From assembly GCA_964594665.1 (NCBI GenBank), contig CAZQNY010000003.1, forward strand, positions 3,225 through 67,224: 64,000 nt of DNA, given 5' to 3'. Both the position numbers and the translations under genes were made by a program. The notes below the pieces were generated by a model. It was given only the letters and a program-made list of their open reading frames with translations. It made no database searches and was not told where the DNA came from. Shown one piece after another: positions 26,970 to 37,862 of the stretch (its first letter is position 1; each line of letters opens with the position of its first letter). This DNA comes from an uncultured Bacteroidales bacterium. Its GTDB lineage: Bacteria > Bacteroidota > Bacteroidia > Bacteroidales > BM520.

Positions 26970-27698
26970 TTATTCTTTCTTTATTATATATCCAAAAGAT
27001 GTATTGCTGTTTGTTTTGCTTATAAATCCCTTTTCTTTTAACACTATTTCAGGATTATTTTCCAGCGTGTATTCAAGAATGTAGTTTTGTGGTCCCTGTT
27101 TGATGCGTTCAATAATGTTTTTTCGCTTTGACCTGTTTTGTGATGAAACCTGCCGCTGATATTGGTCTGAAAAGATATCATTGTCTTTAATGGGAATGCC
27201 AAGGCAACTTTCAATGGATCCACATGTTACGAGCATGTCATTTTTATGGTTATATCTCCAGTAAAGTATTTTAAGGTCTCTTAATATTTCATTAAAGAAC
27301 GTCATTTCTTTATGAAAGGTAATGAGCTCCAGTTGGGCTCTGAGTCTGTTTTTTACCTCAATAAGTTCCAGTGGTTTGGTAATATAATCTACAGCACCCA
27401 TTTCGTATCCTTTTGCCCGGTCTTCATAGTTTGATTTGCCGGTTACAAAAATCACGGGAATAGCCGCTGTGATGGGATCTTCTTTAAGATTTTGCAATAC
27501 ATCAAAGCCATCCATTCCGGGCATGGCAATATCAAGCAATATGCAATCAGGTTGTTTTTCTTTGGCAACCTTTATTGCAGTAGTGCCGTTAATAGCAACA
27601 AAGATATTGTAGTCTGCTGATAAAGAATGAAAAAGAAGGTCGATGTTGCTGTTGTTGTCATCTACGATAAGCAGGTTGTATTGTTTATTTTGTTTCAT
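26970..27698 (-). CDS. Response regulator: receiver domain plus a PAS-like C-terminal domain
   Basis: 242 aa. LIVDDNNSN...LLDIAMPGMDG...FVTGK...DYITKP. The start overlaps the 3' end of the kinase gene by 14 nt. Confidence 0.85.
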   Translation of the reverse strand: MKQNKQYNLLIVDDNNSNIDLLFHSLSADYNIFVAINGTTAIKVAKEKQPDCILLDIAMPGMDGFDVLQNLKEDPITAAIPVIFVTGKSNYEDRAKGYEMGAVDYITKPLELIEVKNRLRAQLELITFHKEMTFFNEILRDLKILYWRYNHKNDMLVTCGSIESCLGIPIKDNDIFSDQYQRQVSSQNRSKRKNIIERIKQGPQNYILEYTLENNPEIVLKEKGFISKTNSNTSFGYIIKKE

Positions 27699-30600
27699 CG
27701 TTTTGCAGGTTTTTTATTAATGCTTCACATAATTCTGAGGCCTTTCCAAAATCATAGTCATCCAGATACTGCAGCAAAGCGGGTAATTTGCCTTCAATTG
27801 CTACTGACCATGCAATATTCGCTGTTTTTACACGAATGGTTTCGATATGTGCGGGGCTATACTGATTAATTAGTTTGAGGACTTCCGAAAGTCGATTGAT
27901 TTGTTGTGACGTTGAAAATTCCTTTATATCGTCTTCATGTATATGCTTTTCATCCGGAGAAGTGATATGGTGCCAGTCTCTAAGCTCACGGATAAGATTG
28001 TTCAAGTCGGAAATAAATGTATTGAGCAGGTTCCTGTCATGTGTTGATATCGAATCAGAATGGCTTAAGGCTGTTTCGAGTGCCGATGCTTTTTGGAATA
28101 GGTCTTCAGCGCCCATATTCCCAAGTAATGACTTGATGCTATGAATATTGAGGTACAAACCGGGGAGATCATTGCTTTTTAGCTGTGCGATTATTTTTTT
28201 AGAAACCAAAGCGTATTTATGGGTAAAATTCCATAGGATTTGTAGCAGTATTTTTTCATCACCATCCACATATGCCAATGCCTTCTCCAGGTTTAATTGC
28301 TTGATGTCAGGGAGTGTCATACTTAAATTTCCTTCATGGGAACCGGAAGAATGTCGGAACACTGATTTGCCGGCAATTTTCGCCAATTGCTGAGACAAGA
28401 TTTCTTTTTTTGCAGGTTTTTGAAGAAAACCTGCTGCACCGTTGTCAAGCGCTTTTTGAACTTCCTCATTGGTACTATAACCTGAGAAAAGAAGCACTTT
28501 GACCTTATTATTTATGGATTTTAGCTGATGAAAGACTTCATAACCACTTATTCCCGGCATTATGAGGTCGAGAATTACCGCGGAAACCTCATGGGTATGA
28601 TTTTTATAGTATTCAATGCATTCAGAGCCATTGCCAAATTCAATAACATTATATCCAAGGTTTTTTATTAGCAATGCAGTTACCTCTCTAACAATATCCT
28701 CATCATCAACAAGCATTATTTTGCCTTCGCCGTAGATCATTGGTTTTTGTTCCTTCTGATCTCTCTTTGGCCTTTCGTTGCAGGCAGGCAGGAATAGGGT
28801 GAATTCACTGCCTTGACCTTGGGTGCTGTTGACTTTTATGGTTCCTTTATGTGCCTGAATGGTTCCTAAGGTAGCCGATAATCCCAGTCCCGTGCCATGG
28901 CCCTTTTCTTTCGTACTGAAAAAGGGTTCAAAGATGCGGTCAAGATGTTCTTTTTGTATCCCTTTGCCATTGTCCCTGATGGAAACACAAATATAACTTC
29001 CTTTGTCAAGGCCTTTTTTCTGACTATCCTCAGAAGAGATCAATTGATTTTTAGTAGCGATTTCTATTTTTCCGCCTCCTTTCATGGCATCTTTTGCGTT
29101 GATGGCCAGGTTAAGAATGGCATTTTGTATCGATGAGGTATCTCCCCGAAAGAAAGGGTTATTTGCTTGTGGTTTAACATCAATAGCTATTTGTTTTCCC
29201 AATCCGGGCTGAAGAAGCATAACACATTCGTTGATAATCTCATGCATATTATTAATGATAGAGATATATTTTCCTTTTCGCGAAAACGCCAGTAATTTTC
29301 CCGTAAGGTCTGTTGAATGGTCTGAAGCCCGGATAATATTATCTATATAAGATTTTAATCGGGTATCATTAATAGCGTTTCTGAGCAAATGGGCATAACC
29401 GGTAATTCCCATTAGCTGGTTGTTGAAATCGTGTGCAATTCCTCCTGCGAGTTCTCCCACGGCATTCATCTTTTCGCTGTGCCGTATCTGCTCTTCCATT
29501 TCAATTCTATTGCGGATATCCTGAAGGAAAGCAACCTTATAGGGCTCCCCGTCAATTTTTAGAAAGTTGGTTATTACTTCACAGGGTATATGTTCTCCGG
29601 CAGAAGTAATGTGCACATCATTAAGCCGGATGGTTTTGTTTTTTAACAAATTTTCCCATCGTTGTTTAAACTGATCTTTTGTTATTTGTGCCTGAATATC
29701 AAAAATATGTTTTGAAAGAATTTCCTCCTTACGGTAGCCAAGGGTTTTTATTAGTGCATCGTTAACATAGTGAAACGACCCGTCTTTTCGCAGAACATAT
29801 ACCATCATTGCTGAATGGTCCAATGCAAATTTGGTCAGTTCCAGCTCTTTTTCGGCTGCCCGCAACTGGGATATATCCCTGAATGCCGCCAAATGAACAT
29901 TTCTGCCTTTCCAGACAAAGTACGCCAATGCGACCATGGCAGTAAAGATCTGGTTGTTCCGGTTTTTGCAATTCAGGTTGTGTATTGAGGCGTTTCTGCT
30001 TTTCATATGATCGGCAAAGGTGCGAGGGTTTATTGCCAGATCATTGATTTTTATTGATTTGAATTCATTAGGTTTATAACCAAAAAGTTTTGATGCTGAG
30101 GCATTGGTTTCCAGAATTTCACCGGTATCATTATTGCATAAAAACAGTGCATCCGATTCGAGTGCAAACATATTTCTGTACTTCTCCTCACTCTCGGCCA
30201 ATGCCATTTCATTTATTCTATGTGTAGTAATGTCCTGAATCCATCCGCTGGATTTTATTTTATGCCCCAGGGCATTATATTGATGTTCGTATTGTGCGAA
30301 AAGGTATTTCACCCTTCCGTCACGCGCAATGACTCTGAATTCAACCTCTCCGTGGTGCTGAGTGCCTTCTTTTGTGCCTTGAAAAGCATGCCCCCTGAGC
30401 CTGACGATATCGTCATTATAAATGCGCTCCAGGAACGCATGATTCAGGTTTTTGCTCGCAGGGTCAATCTCCATAATGTTATACGCCTCTGCTGAAAGTT
30501 CATAACGCTGTTCCTGCCAGTCGTATTCAAAAAATGCCACCTGTGCAAGATGCTGGGTGCGCTCCAACCGTTCACGGTGGATTAATAATTTCTTATCATA

Positions 30601-31215
30601 CGCTTTTAAGGCTTCCTCTTTTTCTCTGAAACTGGTAATATCCTGAAGTGTTCCTGTTATATATTCCGGTTCACCGGTGTCTCCCAGGAAAACTCTTCCC
30701 TTCATGGTGATAATGCGTTTCTTATGGTTCTTGTTGTAAACTTCGAATTCAACAGTAAATGGTAACTTCTCAGTGATTATGGCGGTATATAATTCCTTTA
30801 CACGCTTACGGTCTTTATCGGTAACGTTGTTAAGAAATTCTTTCAGGCTCATTTTTCCTTCACGGAAAATATTCTCTCCCGATAAAGAATGATTAGCAAG
30901 AAAAGTGAATTCATGATGACGAATATCGTATTCATATCCGGAAATAAATTCAAGCAGGACTTCCGGATGATTGATTATTGTGCTTTTATCTTTCATCTCC
31001 TTATTGCGATAAGTGCTATTTTCTCTTTTAATGAGAAATAGTGATAGGCCAAATAGGACAAGAAATGCAGGCAGAAGAAAATAGTAATCTGTAAGTAATC
31101 CTTTTTCTCTGCTCTCAAGAGGGAAAAGAATTAGTACCATGGCAATACATACCAGGACTAAAATTGGTATTAGCGGTTGGTGGTCGAATTTTCTACGAGT
31201 CTTTTTCGTTTTCAT
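27685..31215 (-). CDS. Hybrid sensor histidine kinase (TM, multiple PAS, HisKA, HATPase, REC, HPt)
   Basis: About 1176 aa from the ATG at 31215; the track start at 31233 is GTG. H-box GGIAHDFNNQL. G-boxes DNGKGI and GTGLGLS. REC MLVDDEDIV...DLIMPGISG. C-terminal HPt HSIKSLLGNMGA. Confidence 0.9.
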   Translation of the reverse strand: MKTKKTRRKFDHQPLIPILVLVCIAMVLILFPLESREKGLLTDYYFLLPAFLVLFGLSLFLIKRENSTYRNKEMKDKSTIINHPEVLLEFISGYEYDIRHHEFTFLANHSLSGENIFREGKMSLKEFLNNVTDKDRKRVKELYTAIITEKLPFTVEFEVYNKNHKKRIITMKGRVFLGDTGEPEYITGTLQDITSFREKEEALKAYDKKLLIHRERLERTQHLAQVAFFEYDWQEQRYELSAEAYNIMEIDPASKNLNHAFLERIYNDDIVRLRGHAFQGTKEGTQHHGEVEFRVIARDGRVKYLFAQYEHQYNALGHKIKSSGWIQDITTHRINEMALAESEEKYRNMFALESDALFLCNNDTGEILETNASASKLFGYKPNEFKSIKINDLAINPRTFADHMKSRNASIHNLNCKNRNNQIFTAMVALAYFVWKGRNVHLAAFRDISQLRAAEKELELTKFALDHSAMMVYVLRKDGSFHYVNDALIKTLGYRKEEILSKHIFDIQAQITKDQFKQRWENLLKNKTIRLNDVHITSAGEHIPCEVITNFLKIDGEPYKVAFLQDIRNRIEMEEQIRHSEKMNAVGELAGGIAHDFNNQLMGITGYAHLLRNAINDTRLKSYIDNIIRASDHSTDLTGKLLAFSRKGKYISIINNMHEIINECVMLLQPGLGKQIAIDVKPQANNPFFRGDTSSIQNAILNLAINAKDAMKGGGKIEIATKNQLISSEDSQKKGLDKGSYICVSIRDNGKGIQKEHLDRIFEPFFSTKEKGHGTGLGLSATLGTIQAHKGTIKVNSTQGQGSEFTLFLPACNERPKRDQKEQKPMIYGEGKIMLVDDEDIVREVTALLIKNLGYNVIEFGNGSECIEYYKNHTHEVSAVILDLIMPGISGYEVFHQLKSINNKVKVLLFSGYSTNEEVQKALDNGAAGFLQKPAKKEILSQQLAKIAGKSVFRHSSGSHEGNLSMTLPDIKQLNLEKALAYVDGDEKILLQILWNFTHKYALVSKKIIAQLKSNDLPGLYLNIHSIKSLLGNMGAEDLFQKASALETALSHSDSISTHDRNLLNTFISDLNNLIRELRDWHHITSPDEKHIHEDDIKEFSTSQQINRLSEVLKLINQYSPAHIETIRVKTANIAWSVAIEGKLPALLQYLDDYDFGKASELCEALIKNLQNDETK

Positions 31216-31330
31216 CTCCGGCGATAATTGCACCTGTAAAGATACGTATATCCTTTGGAAAACTGAATGTGGATTTCATTAATCTCAAAATGATTGTGAG
31301 GTAAAAACAATAAAGGAAGAGAAAGAATGA

Positions 31331-31942
31331 TCAGGATTCTCTGAAAAACCTACGCTGAAAGATGATAAGCCCAAAAACACCAATAGTGATTGCACTGTCG
31401 GCAACATTAAAAATCGGGCGGAAGAATTCAAAGTAATTGCCTCCAACAAAAGGAACCCATTCAGGCCAGAAGCCTTTAAACATAGGAAAATAGAACATAT
31501 CTACAACTTTCCCATGCATTAATGAGGCATAGCCTCCCCCCTCAGGAAGGAATGCAGCAAGCTCGTAGGGGGTACTTTCATTGAATAAAACACCATAAAA
31601 AACGCTGTCGATAATATTGCCCAGTGCACCGGCACAAATCATGGACAGGAAAATAATAAACAGTATGTTGGGTTTTGTACGAATGATATGGCGCATATAA
31701 AATCCCAGGCCAACAACGGCGGCAAGGCGAAAAAGCGTAAGAATTATCTTTCCTGCTTCTCCGGCGAACTCCATGCCAAAGGCCATTCCATTGTTTTCAA
31801 TAAAATGTATACGACCCCATTCGCCAAAAATCTTATACTCCTGACCTATATACATGGTTGTCTTGACCAGGAATTTTGATACCTGGTCAATGACAAGAAT
31901 AATTGCTACAATCCAGAATGGTTTTTTTGCCAGATCACGCAT
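31331..31942 (-). CDS. lspA: Lipoprotein signal peptidase (signal peptidase II)
   Basis: 203 aa, 4 TM. NNGMAFGM and FNVADSAITIG motifs. Conserved ileS-dksA-lspA context. Confidence 0.9.
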   Translation of the reverse strand: MRDLAKKPFWIVAIILVIDQVSKFLVKTTMYIGQEYKIFGEWGRIHFIENNGMAFGMEFAGEAGKIILTLFRLAAVVGLGFYMRHIIRTKPNILFIIFLSMICAGALGNIIDSVFYGVLFNESTPYELAAFLPEGGGYASLMHGKVVDMFYFPMFKGFWPEWVPFVGGNYFEFFRPIFNVADSAITIGVFGLIIFQRRFFRES

Positions 31943-31950
31943 AACAGAGA

Positions 31951-32367
31951 TTATCTGTTTTTGAGCTTTTCAATTTTGTTTTGCTCCATCTTAGCGTCAA
32001 TGCTGAGCGTAGCATGGGGAACACTTTTCAGTCGTTCTTTTTGGATCAGTTTACCTGTTTCACGACAAATACCATACGTTTTATTCTGGATACGAATAAG
32101 AGCATTTTCCAGATTGGTAATAAACTTTTGTTGTCGTGCTGCCAGTCGGCTGTTTTCTTCTTTACTGAGCACAGCATTTCCCTCTTCGAGTACCTTAAAC
32201 GTAGGAGAGGTATCACTGGTTCCGTGTACATCGCTCTGCGTGTAAGCTTCCTGAAGCAACTTGAGGTCGTTTTGGGCCTTCTCAAGTTTTTTAAGGATTA
32301 TCTGGCGGAATTCCTCCAGCTCCTCATCGCTATAGCGCATCTTTTGTTTTGTTGCTTCTTTTGCCAT
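31951..32367 (-). CDS. DksA/TraR-family regulator
   Basis: 138 aa. Coiled-coil N-terminal part and a C-terminal YGICRETGKLIQKERLKSVPHATLSIDAK segment. Located between ileS and lspA, as is typical in Bacteroidota. Confidence 0.75.
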   Translation of the reverse strand: MAKEATKQKMRYSDEELEEFRQIILKKLEKAQNDLKLLQEAYTQSDVHGTSDTSPTFKVLEEGNAVLSKEENSRLAARQQKFITNLENALIRIQNKTYGICRETGKLIQKERLKSVPHATLSIDAKMEQNKIEKLKNR

Positions 32368-32405
32368 GATGTTTATATTTATTCCGGAACGTTTTCCGGG
32401 GGGGT

Positions 32406-35400
32406 TTATTGCTTTTTTTCAACCTTAATAAAAGTAATTAATCCTTCTGTTAAATCAATCTCTGTGGATTGCTCTGGTGCCAGCTCTTCCAGGAATAATA
32501 ATTCTTCAGTCAGGGTTTCAGAACAAATGTAATCAAAATTTGTTTTCACAATAGATTCTAAACCATCCTGTTTTTTCAAAGTAACAACAATTTTATCCGT
32601 TACATCAAAATTCTGATCTTTCCTGATATTTTGAATTTTATTTACCAATTCACGTGCGTGACCTTCATTCTTCAGGTCTTCTGTGAGGGTAATGTCGAGT
32701 GCTACGGTAAGTTTGCCTTCATTGGCAACCACCCAGCCCGGGATATCCTGAGTGGTAATATCCACATCAGCAAGTGTTAGCTCCACAAGTTGATCGTTAA
32801 CTGTGAGGTTGTAATTTCCATTGGCTTCCAATGCAGCGATATCATCCTGAGAGAAGTTTGCCAGCGCTGAGCTGATTTGCTTCATCATTTTGCCGTATTT
32901 TGGCCCTAACGCTTTAAAATCGGGCTTGATTTTTTTCACCAGGATGCCACTCTCTGTAAGATATTCAATCTCCTTGACATTAACTTCTGACAGGATGAGG
33001 TCTTTTACTTTATTCACCTGTTCTGTAAAACCATCGCTGATTACAGGGATCATAATTTTCCCCAGGGGCTGACGTACGCGCAGGTTAGTTTTCTTTCTTA
33101 ATGAAAGAACCATGGAGCTGATCTGCTGCGCCAGCTGCATACGTTCTTCCAGTTTTTTATCAATCATAGCCTCATTGGCAACAGGGAATTCGGTAAGATG
33201 CACTGATTCTGCTTCACACTTACCGGAAGTGCCATTGAGATCAAGGAATAGTCGTTCTGCAAAAAACGGAGCTATGGGAGCCATGAGCTTTGCCACAGTT
33301 TCCATACAGGTATAGAGCGTTTGGTAAGCCGAAATCTTGTCAGAGCTATAATCTCCTTTCCAGAATCTTCTTCTTGAAAGGCGCACAAACCAGTTGCTCA
33401 GGTGATCACAAACAAAATCGCTTATCGCACGGCCTGCCCTGGTGGGCTCATAGTCGTTGTATGCTTTGTCTACAAATTTTATCAGAGTATTAAGCTCCGA
33501 AAGGATCCACTGGTCTATTTCCGGGCGTTTTTCTATGGCGATATCCTGTTCAGCATAGCTGAATTCATCAATATTGGCATATAATGCAAAGAATGAATAG
33601 GTATTGTACAATGTGCCGAAAAATTTACGCTGAACCTCCGCAATGCCGTCGAGGTCGAACTTGAGGTTGTCCCAGGGCTGTGCATTGGTAATCATATACC
33701 AGCGTGTTGCATCAGGGCCGTATTTGGCAATTGTAGTAAATGGATCCACTGCATTACCAAGACGCTTGGACATCTTGTTGCCCTTTTTGTCGAGCACCAG
33801 GCCATTACTAACGCAGGTTTTATAGGCTACCGAATCAAAAGCCATGGTGGCAATTGCATGGAGCGTGTAGAACCAACCGCGAGTCTGGTCAACACCTTCG
33901 GCGATGAAGTCTGCAGGGAAGTAGCTGTCGAGGTTGTCCTTATTTTCAAACGGGTAGTGATACTGTGCATAGGGCATGGCACCTGAATCAAACCAAACGT
34001 CGATGAGGTCGCTTTCACGTTTCATCGGTTTGCCTGTTTCAGAAACCAGCATTACATCATCCATATACGGGCGGTGCAGATCGATTTTATCATAGTTCGC
34101 AGCACTGAAGTCCCCGGGTATGAAGTCTCCCATCGGGTTCCCTGTCATAACACCGGCTTTCACTGCTTTTTCAATCTCATTGTAAAGTTCTTCTACCGAA
34201 CCGATACAGATTTCTTCTTTACCGTCTTCCGTTCTCCAGATTGGCAGTGGTGTTCCCCAGAAGCGTGAACGGCTTAGGTTCCAGTCCTGAAGGTTCTCCA
34301 GCCAGTTGCCAAAACGACCTGTTCCGGTGGCTTCGGGCTTCCAGTTGATGGTTTTGTTAAAGGCAATCATCTTGTCTTTAACCGCTGTTGAGCGGATAAA
34401 CCATGAATCGAGCGGATAGTAAAGCACCGGCTTGTCAGTTCTCCAGCAATGGGGGTAGTTGTGTGTATGTTTTTCTACCTTGAAGGCTTTATTTTCATAT
34501 TTGAGCATCACTGCCAGATCCACATCCAGCGAGGTGTCTTTGTCGGTAAGCTCAGGATCATAATCATTTTTCACAAAACGACCGGCGTATTTACCGTAGA
34601 GTTCTGTGTCAACATATTTTTCAACAAAAGCTTCGTCAAGGTCTTCAATAGGGTAGAAGCGACCACGGAGATCCACCATTGGACGAAGGCTTTCTGCTTT
34701 GTCGATAAGTATCAGAGGCGCAATACCTGCTACCAGTGCCACACGCTTATCATCAGCACCAAAAGTAGGCGCAATATGCACGATACCGGTACCATCTTCT
34801 GTTGTTACATAGTCACCGCTGATCACGCGGAATGCGTCACCGTCTGGTTTGATGAATGGCATCAGCTGCTCGTAGCGGATGTCGATAAGATCTTTTCCGG
34901 TGAGCTCTTTCACTACCTGGAAAGGAACCTTTTTGTCGCCCTCTTTGTAATCCTCCAGTGCCAGATCAGCATTCTTAGGATTGAAATGGGCGTTCATAAG
35001 ATCTTTCGCCAGAACCACGGTCATGGGTTTGCCGGTGTACTGGTTGAAAGTCTTAACAACTACATAGTTGATCTTGTCGCCAACAGCCAATGCAGTGTTT
35101 GAAGGAAGTGTCCATGGGGTGGTGGTCCATGCAAGGAACGCCACGGTGCCATGTGCATCTTCGAAGAGGAATTCCGACTTCTCATCGCGAACAACAGTAA
35201 ACTGAGCGGTAACGGTGGTATCTTTCACATCGCGGTAACAACCGGGCTGGTTGAGCTCATGAGTGGAAAGACCGGTACCTGCTGCTGGTGAGTATGGCTG
35301 GATGGTATATCCTTTATAGAGAAGATCTTTCTTGTAAAGTTCTTTCAGGAGATACCACAGTGTTTCGATATATTTGTTTTCAAAAGTGATGTATGGATCG

Positions 35401-35837
35401 TCGAGATCTACCCAGTAACCCATTTGGGTGGTAAGCTTGTCCCATTCGTCTTTGTAGCGCATTACCTCGGTGCGACACTGTGCATTATATTCAGCAACAG
35501 TGATTGTTTTACCGATATCTTCTTTTGTGATACCGAGTTTTTTTTCCACGCCCATTTCCACAGGGAGGCCGTGGGTATCCCAACCGGCTTTACGCTTTAC
35601 GTAGTGGCCTTTCAGGGTTTTATAACGGCAAAAAATATCCTTGATAGTACGGGCCATCATATGATGGATTCCGGGCATGCCATTTGCAGAGGGCGGGCCT
35701 TCGAAAAAGATAAATGGCTCTTTGCCTGTTGTTTTTTCTAATGATTTATGGAATGTGTCATTATCATTCCAGAATTTTTGAATATCAAGACCTGTTTGCG
35801 ACAGGTTAAGTTGTTTATAATCAGGGTATTTACGCAT
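32406..35837 (-). CDS. ileS: Isoleucine--tRNA ligase
   Basis: 1143 aa. HIGH region PSANGMPGIHH. KMSKS region KMSKRLGN. Long type-2 C-terminal extension. Confidence 0.97.
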   Translation of the reverse strand: MRKYPDYKQLNLSQTGLDIQKFWNDNDTFHKSLEKTTGKEPFIFFEGPPSANGMPGIHHMMARTIKDIFCRYKTLKGHYVKRKAGWDTHGLPVEMGVEKKLGITKEDIGKTITVAEYNAQCRTEVMRYKDEWDKLTTQMGYWVDLDDPYITFENKYIETLWYLLKELYKKDLLYKGYTIQPYSPAAGTGLSTHELNQPGCYRDVKDTTVTAQFTVVRDEKSEFLFEDAHGTVAFLAWTTTPWTLPSNTALAVGDKINYVVVKTFNQYTGKPMTVVLAKDLMNAHFNPKNADLALEDYKEGDKKVPFQVVKELTGKDLIDIRYEQLMPFIKPDGDAFRVISGDYVTTEDGTGIVHIAPTFGADDKRVALVAGIAPLILIDKAESLRPMVDLRGRFYPIEDLDEAFVEKYVDTELYGKYAGRFVKNDYDPELTDKDTSLDVDLAVMLKYENKAFKVEKHTHNYPHCWRTDKPVLYYPLDSWFIRSTAVKDKMIAFNKTINWKPEATGTGRFGNWLENLQDWNLSRSRFWGTPLPIWRTEDGKEEICIGSVEELYNEIEKAVKAGVMTGNPMGDFIPGDFSAANYDKIDLHRPYMDDVMLVSETGKPMKRESDLIDVWFDSGAMPYAQYHYPFENKDNLDSYFPADFIAEGVDQTRGWFYTLHAIATMAFDSVAYKTCVSNGLVLDKKGNKMSKRLGNAVDPFTTIAKYGPDATRWYMITNAQPWDNLKFDLDGIAEVQRKFFGTLYNTYSFFALYANIDEFSYAEQDIAIEKRPEIDQWILSELNTLIKFVDKAYNDYEPTRAGRAISDFVCDHLSNWFVRLSRRRFWKGDYSSDKISAYQTLYTCMETVAKLMAPIAPFFAERLFLDLNGTSGKCEAESVHLTEFPVANEAMIDKKLEERMQLAQQISSMVLSLRKKTNLRVRQPLGKIMIPVISDGFTEQVNKVKDLILSEVNVKEIEYLTESGILVKKIKPDFKALGPKYGKMMKQISSALANFSQDDIAALEANGNYNLTVNDQLVELTLADVDITTQDIPGWVVANEGKLTVALDITLTEDLKNEGHARELVNKIQNIRKDQNFDVTDKIVVTLKKQDGLESIVKTNFDYICSETLTEELLFLEELAPEQSTEIDLTEGLITFIKVEKKQ

Positions 35838-36033
35838 CTTTAATCTTAACTTTATACACCAAATCCAAATTGAGGTGCAAAAGTATTAAAAAAGATTGAA
35901 TTTACAAGGTGTCAGATGGTGTCGGTCAGGCAGATGTGGTGGAAGTTCCGGATCAGATTTTTATTGATATTTTGGGAAAATGATGATTTTTTGATTTTGA
36001 GTAAAACTTTCACGGATGTATAAGACAATATTG

Positions 36034-36041
36034 TAGTTTTG
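36034..36041 (+). promoter_or_regulatory. Candidate -7 promoter box (TAGTTTTG)
   Basis: Matches TAnnTTTG, 46 nt upstream of the ATG at 36087. Confidence 0.3.
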
Positions 36042-36086
36042 TATATAATTAATACTGTGATGGATTTTGTGAAAGACTAAAAACGT

Positions 36087-37841
36087 ATGATTAAATCGAT
36101 AACATTTATTTTCTCCCTCTTCTATGGATCTCTATTCGCTCCGGCAGAACTCCCGGAAGCAACAACCATAAGCTCTGAACCTATAGTAGAAAAAACCTAT
36201 ATAACTCCTGAATATGCTGATCTTATTTTCAGTTTATCACAGGAGCAGATTCCTGATACCCTTACCGACGATTTGGTATTAATGCGCGACAGCCGTGTTA
36301 TGGCAATGCTCGACAGCCTGGCATACAGCAATATCTTTAGTCGTTTACCTTTGGAATATTCCGGTGATACAACAGCCCGTGAGCGCCTGTATCCTGCTAC
36401 ACCCATGCAATTTTCCGACTCCGTAATTGCTGCACGTATTGCCGCACTAAATGCTGAAACGCCCATCGACCTGGTTTATAACCGTGATGTGGCGCGTTAT
36501 ATAAAAGTATATGCAGAAAAAAAACCTGTACTTACATCGCGGCTGCTGGGGCTTGCGGATTTGTATTTTCCGTTGTTTGAAGAAATCCTCGACCGCTACA
36601 ATATGCCTTTGGAGCTAAAATATCTGGCTGTTGTGGAGAGTGCGCTCAACCCTACAGCAGGTTCCTGGGCCGGAGCAAAAGGGCTTTGGCAGTTTATGTA
36701 TGGCACCGGAAAAGTGTATGGCTTGAAAGTCACTTCGTATGTTGATGACCGTTTTGATCCTTATAAGGCAACTATTGCAGCCTGTGAACATCTCACTGAT
36801 CTTTATGATATGTATGGCAGCTGGTCGCTGGCACTTGCAGCCTATAACAGCGGTGCCGGGAATGTGAACCGTGCCATTCGTAAGGCTGGCGGCGTGCGTA
36901 ACTACTGGGTGGTGCAGCCCTTTCTGCCACGCGAAACCCGGGGGTATGTGCCTGCCTTTATTGCTGTTAACTATGTGATGACCCATGCAAAAGAGTATCA
37001 GATATACCCCGAAAAAGCCCTATGTTCTTTTGCACAGGTGGACTCGGTAAAGGTTCATGATGTACTTGCTTTTGACCAGCTGCAGGAGGTATTGGGAATC
37101 TCTGTTGAAGAGCTGAAATTTCTTAACCCTGCCTATAAGCTTAATATTATTCCTGCCACCGGAGGTAAAGAATATATCCTTCGACTGCCCGTGTCATATA
37201 TGGATGATTATTTGAATAATGAACAGGCTATTTATGATTATAAAACACAGAAAGGGCTGGAGAGAGATAAGATGCTGGCGCAGATTAAAAAGGCTCAGGA
37301 ACGTACCATTCACGTAGTTCGAAGCGGTGAAAACCTGGGTCTTATTGCAAGAAAGTACCGAACCAGTGTTTCCAGTATTAAACGATGGAATAACCTGAAA
37401 GGCACGATGATTCGTCCAGGGCAACGTCTTGTGGTGTATCCCCGTGGTGCCTATTATGCCGACGCCCCAAAGACTACCTCCTCCTCTTCTGCGAAAGCAA
37501 CAAATGGCTCTTATACTGTTCGGCGTGGTGATAACCTTGGCGCCATTGCAAAAGCCAATGGTGTGTCTGTCTCACAACTAAAACAATGGAACAACCTGCG
37601 TGGAAATACGATTCATCCGGGGCAAAAGCTTGTGGTTACAGCTCCAGGTTCGGAGAGCGCTTCTTCAGATAATAATTACACCGGTGAATACGTTTATTAT
37701 ACAGTGCGTTCAGGAGATACTTTGTGGGAAATCGCTCAAAAGTACGATGTAACGGTTAGCCAGATACGCTCCTGGAACAATATCTCCAATGCCCATCGCC
37801 TTAAGCCGGGGCAGAAAATTAAAGTTGCCAAAAAAAGCTAA
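36087..37841 (+). CDS. MltD-like lytic transglycosylase with three LysM domains
   Basis: 584 aa. SLT core VVESALNP...GLWQFMYGTG...AAYNSGAGNVNRAI. Three LysM repeats: HVVRSGENLGLIARKY, YTVRRGDNLGAIAKAN and YTVRSGDTLWEIAQKY. Confidence 0.9.
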   Translation: MIKSITFIFSLFYGSLFAPAELPEATTISSEPIVEKTYITPEYADLIFSLSQEQIPDTLTDDLVLMRDSRVMAMLDSLAYSNIFSRLPLEYSGDTTARERLYPATPMQFSDSVIAARIAALNAETPIDLVYNRDVARYIKVYAEKKPVLTSRLLGLADLYFPLFEEILDRYNMPLELKYLAVVESALNPTAGSWAGAKGLWQFMYGTGKVYGLKVTSYVDDRFDPYKATIAACEHLTDLYDMYGSWSLALAAYNSGAGNVNRAIRKAGGVRNYWVVQPFLPRETRGYVPAFIAVNYVMTHAKEYQIYPEKALCSFAQVDSVKVHDVLAFDQLQEVLGISVEELKFLNPAYKLNIIPATGGKEYILRLPVSYMDDYLNNEQAIYDYKTQKGLERDKMLAQIKKAQERTIHVVRSGENLGLIARKYRTSVSSIKRWNNLKGTMIRPGQRLVVYPRGAYYADAPKTTSSSSAKATNGSYTVRRGDNLGAIAKANGVSVSQLKQWNNLRGNTIHPGQKLVVTAPGSESASSDNNYTGEYVYYTVRSGDTLWEIAQKYDVTVSQIRSWNNISNAHRLKPGQKIKVAKKS

Positions 37842-37862
37842 TCACAGATTAAAACACCTGTT

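Noticed and set aside
31981-32532. 183-aa plus-strand ORF spanning the dksA-like gene and the ileS 3' end
   Set aside because: It crosses an intergenic region and two well-supported minus-strand genes, so it is a shadow ORF.
34449-35102. 217-aa plus-strand ORF (and the 33112-35741 series of shorter ones) antisense to ileS
   Set aside because: These are shadow ORFs inside a highly confident 1143-aa ileS reading frame. They have low-complexity, Cys/Phe/His-rich composition typical of antisense frames.
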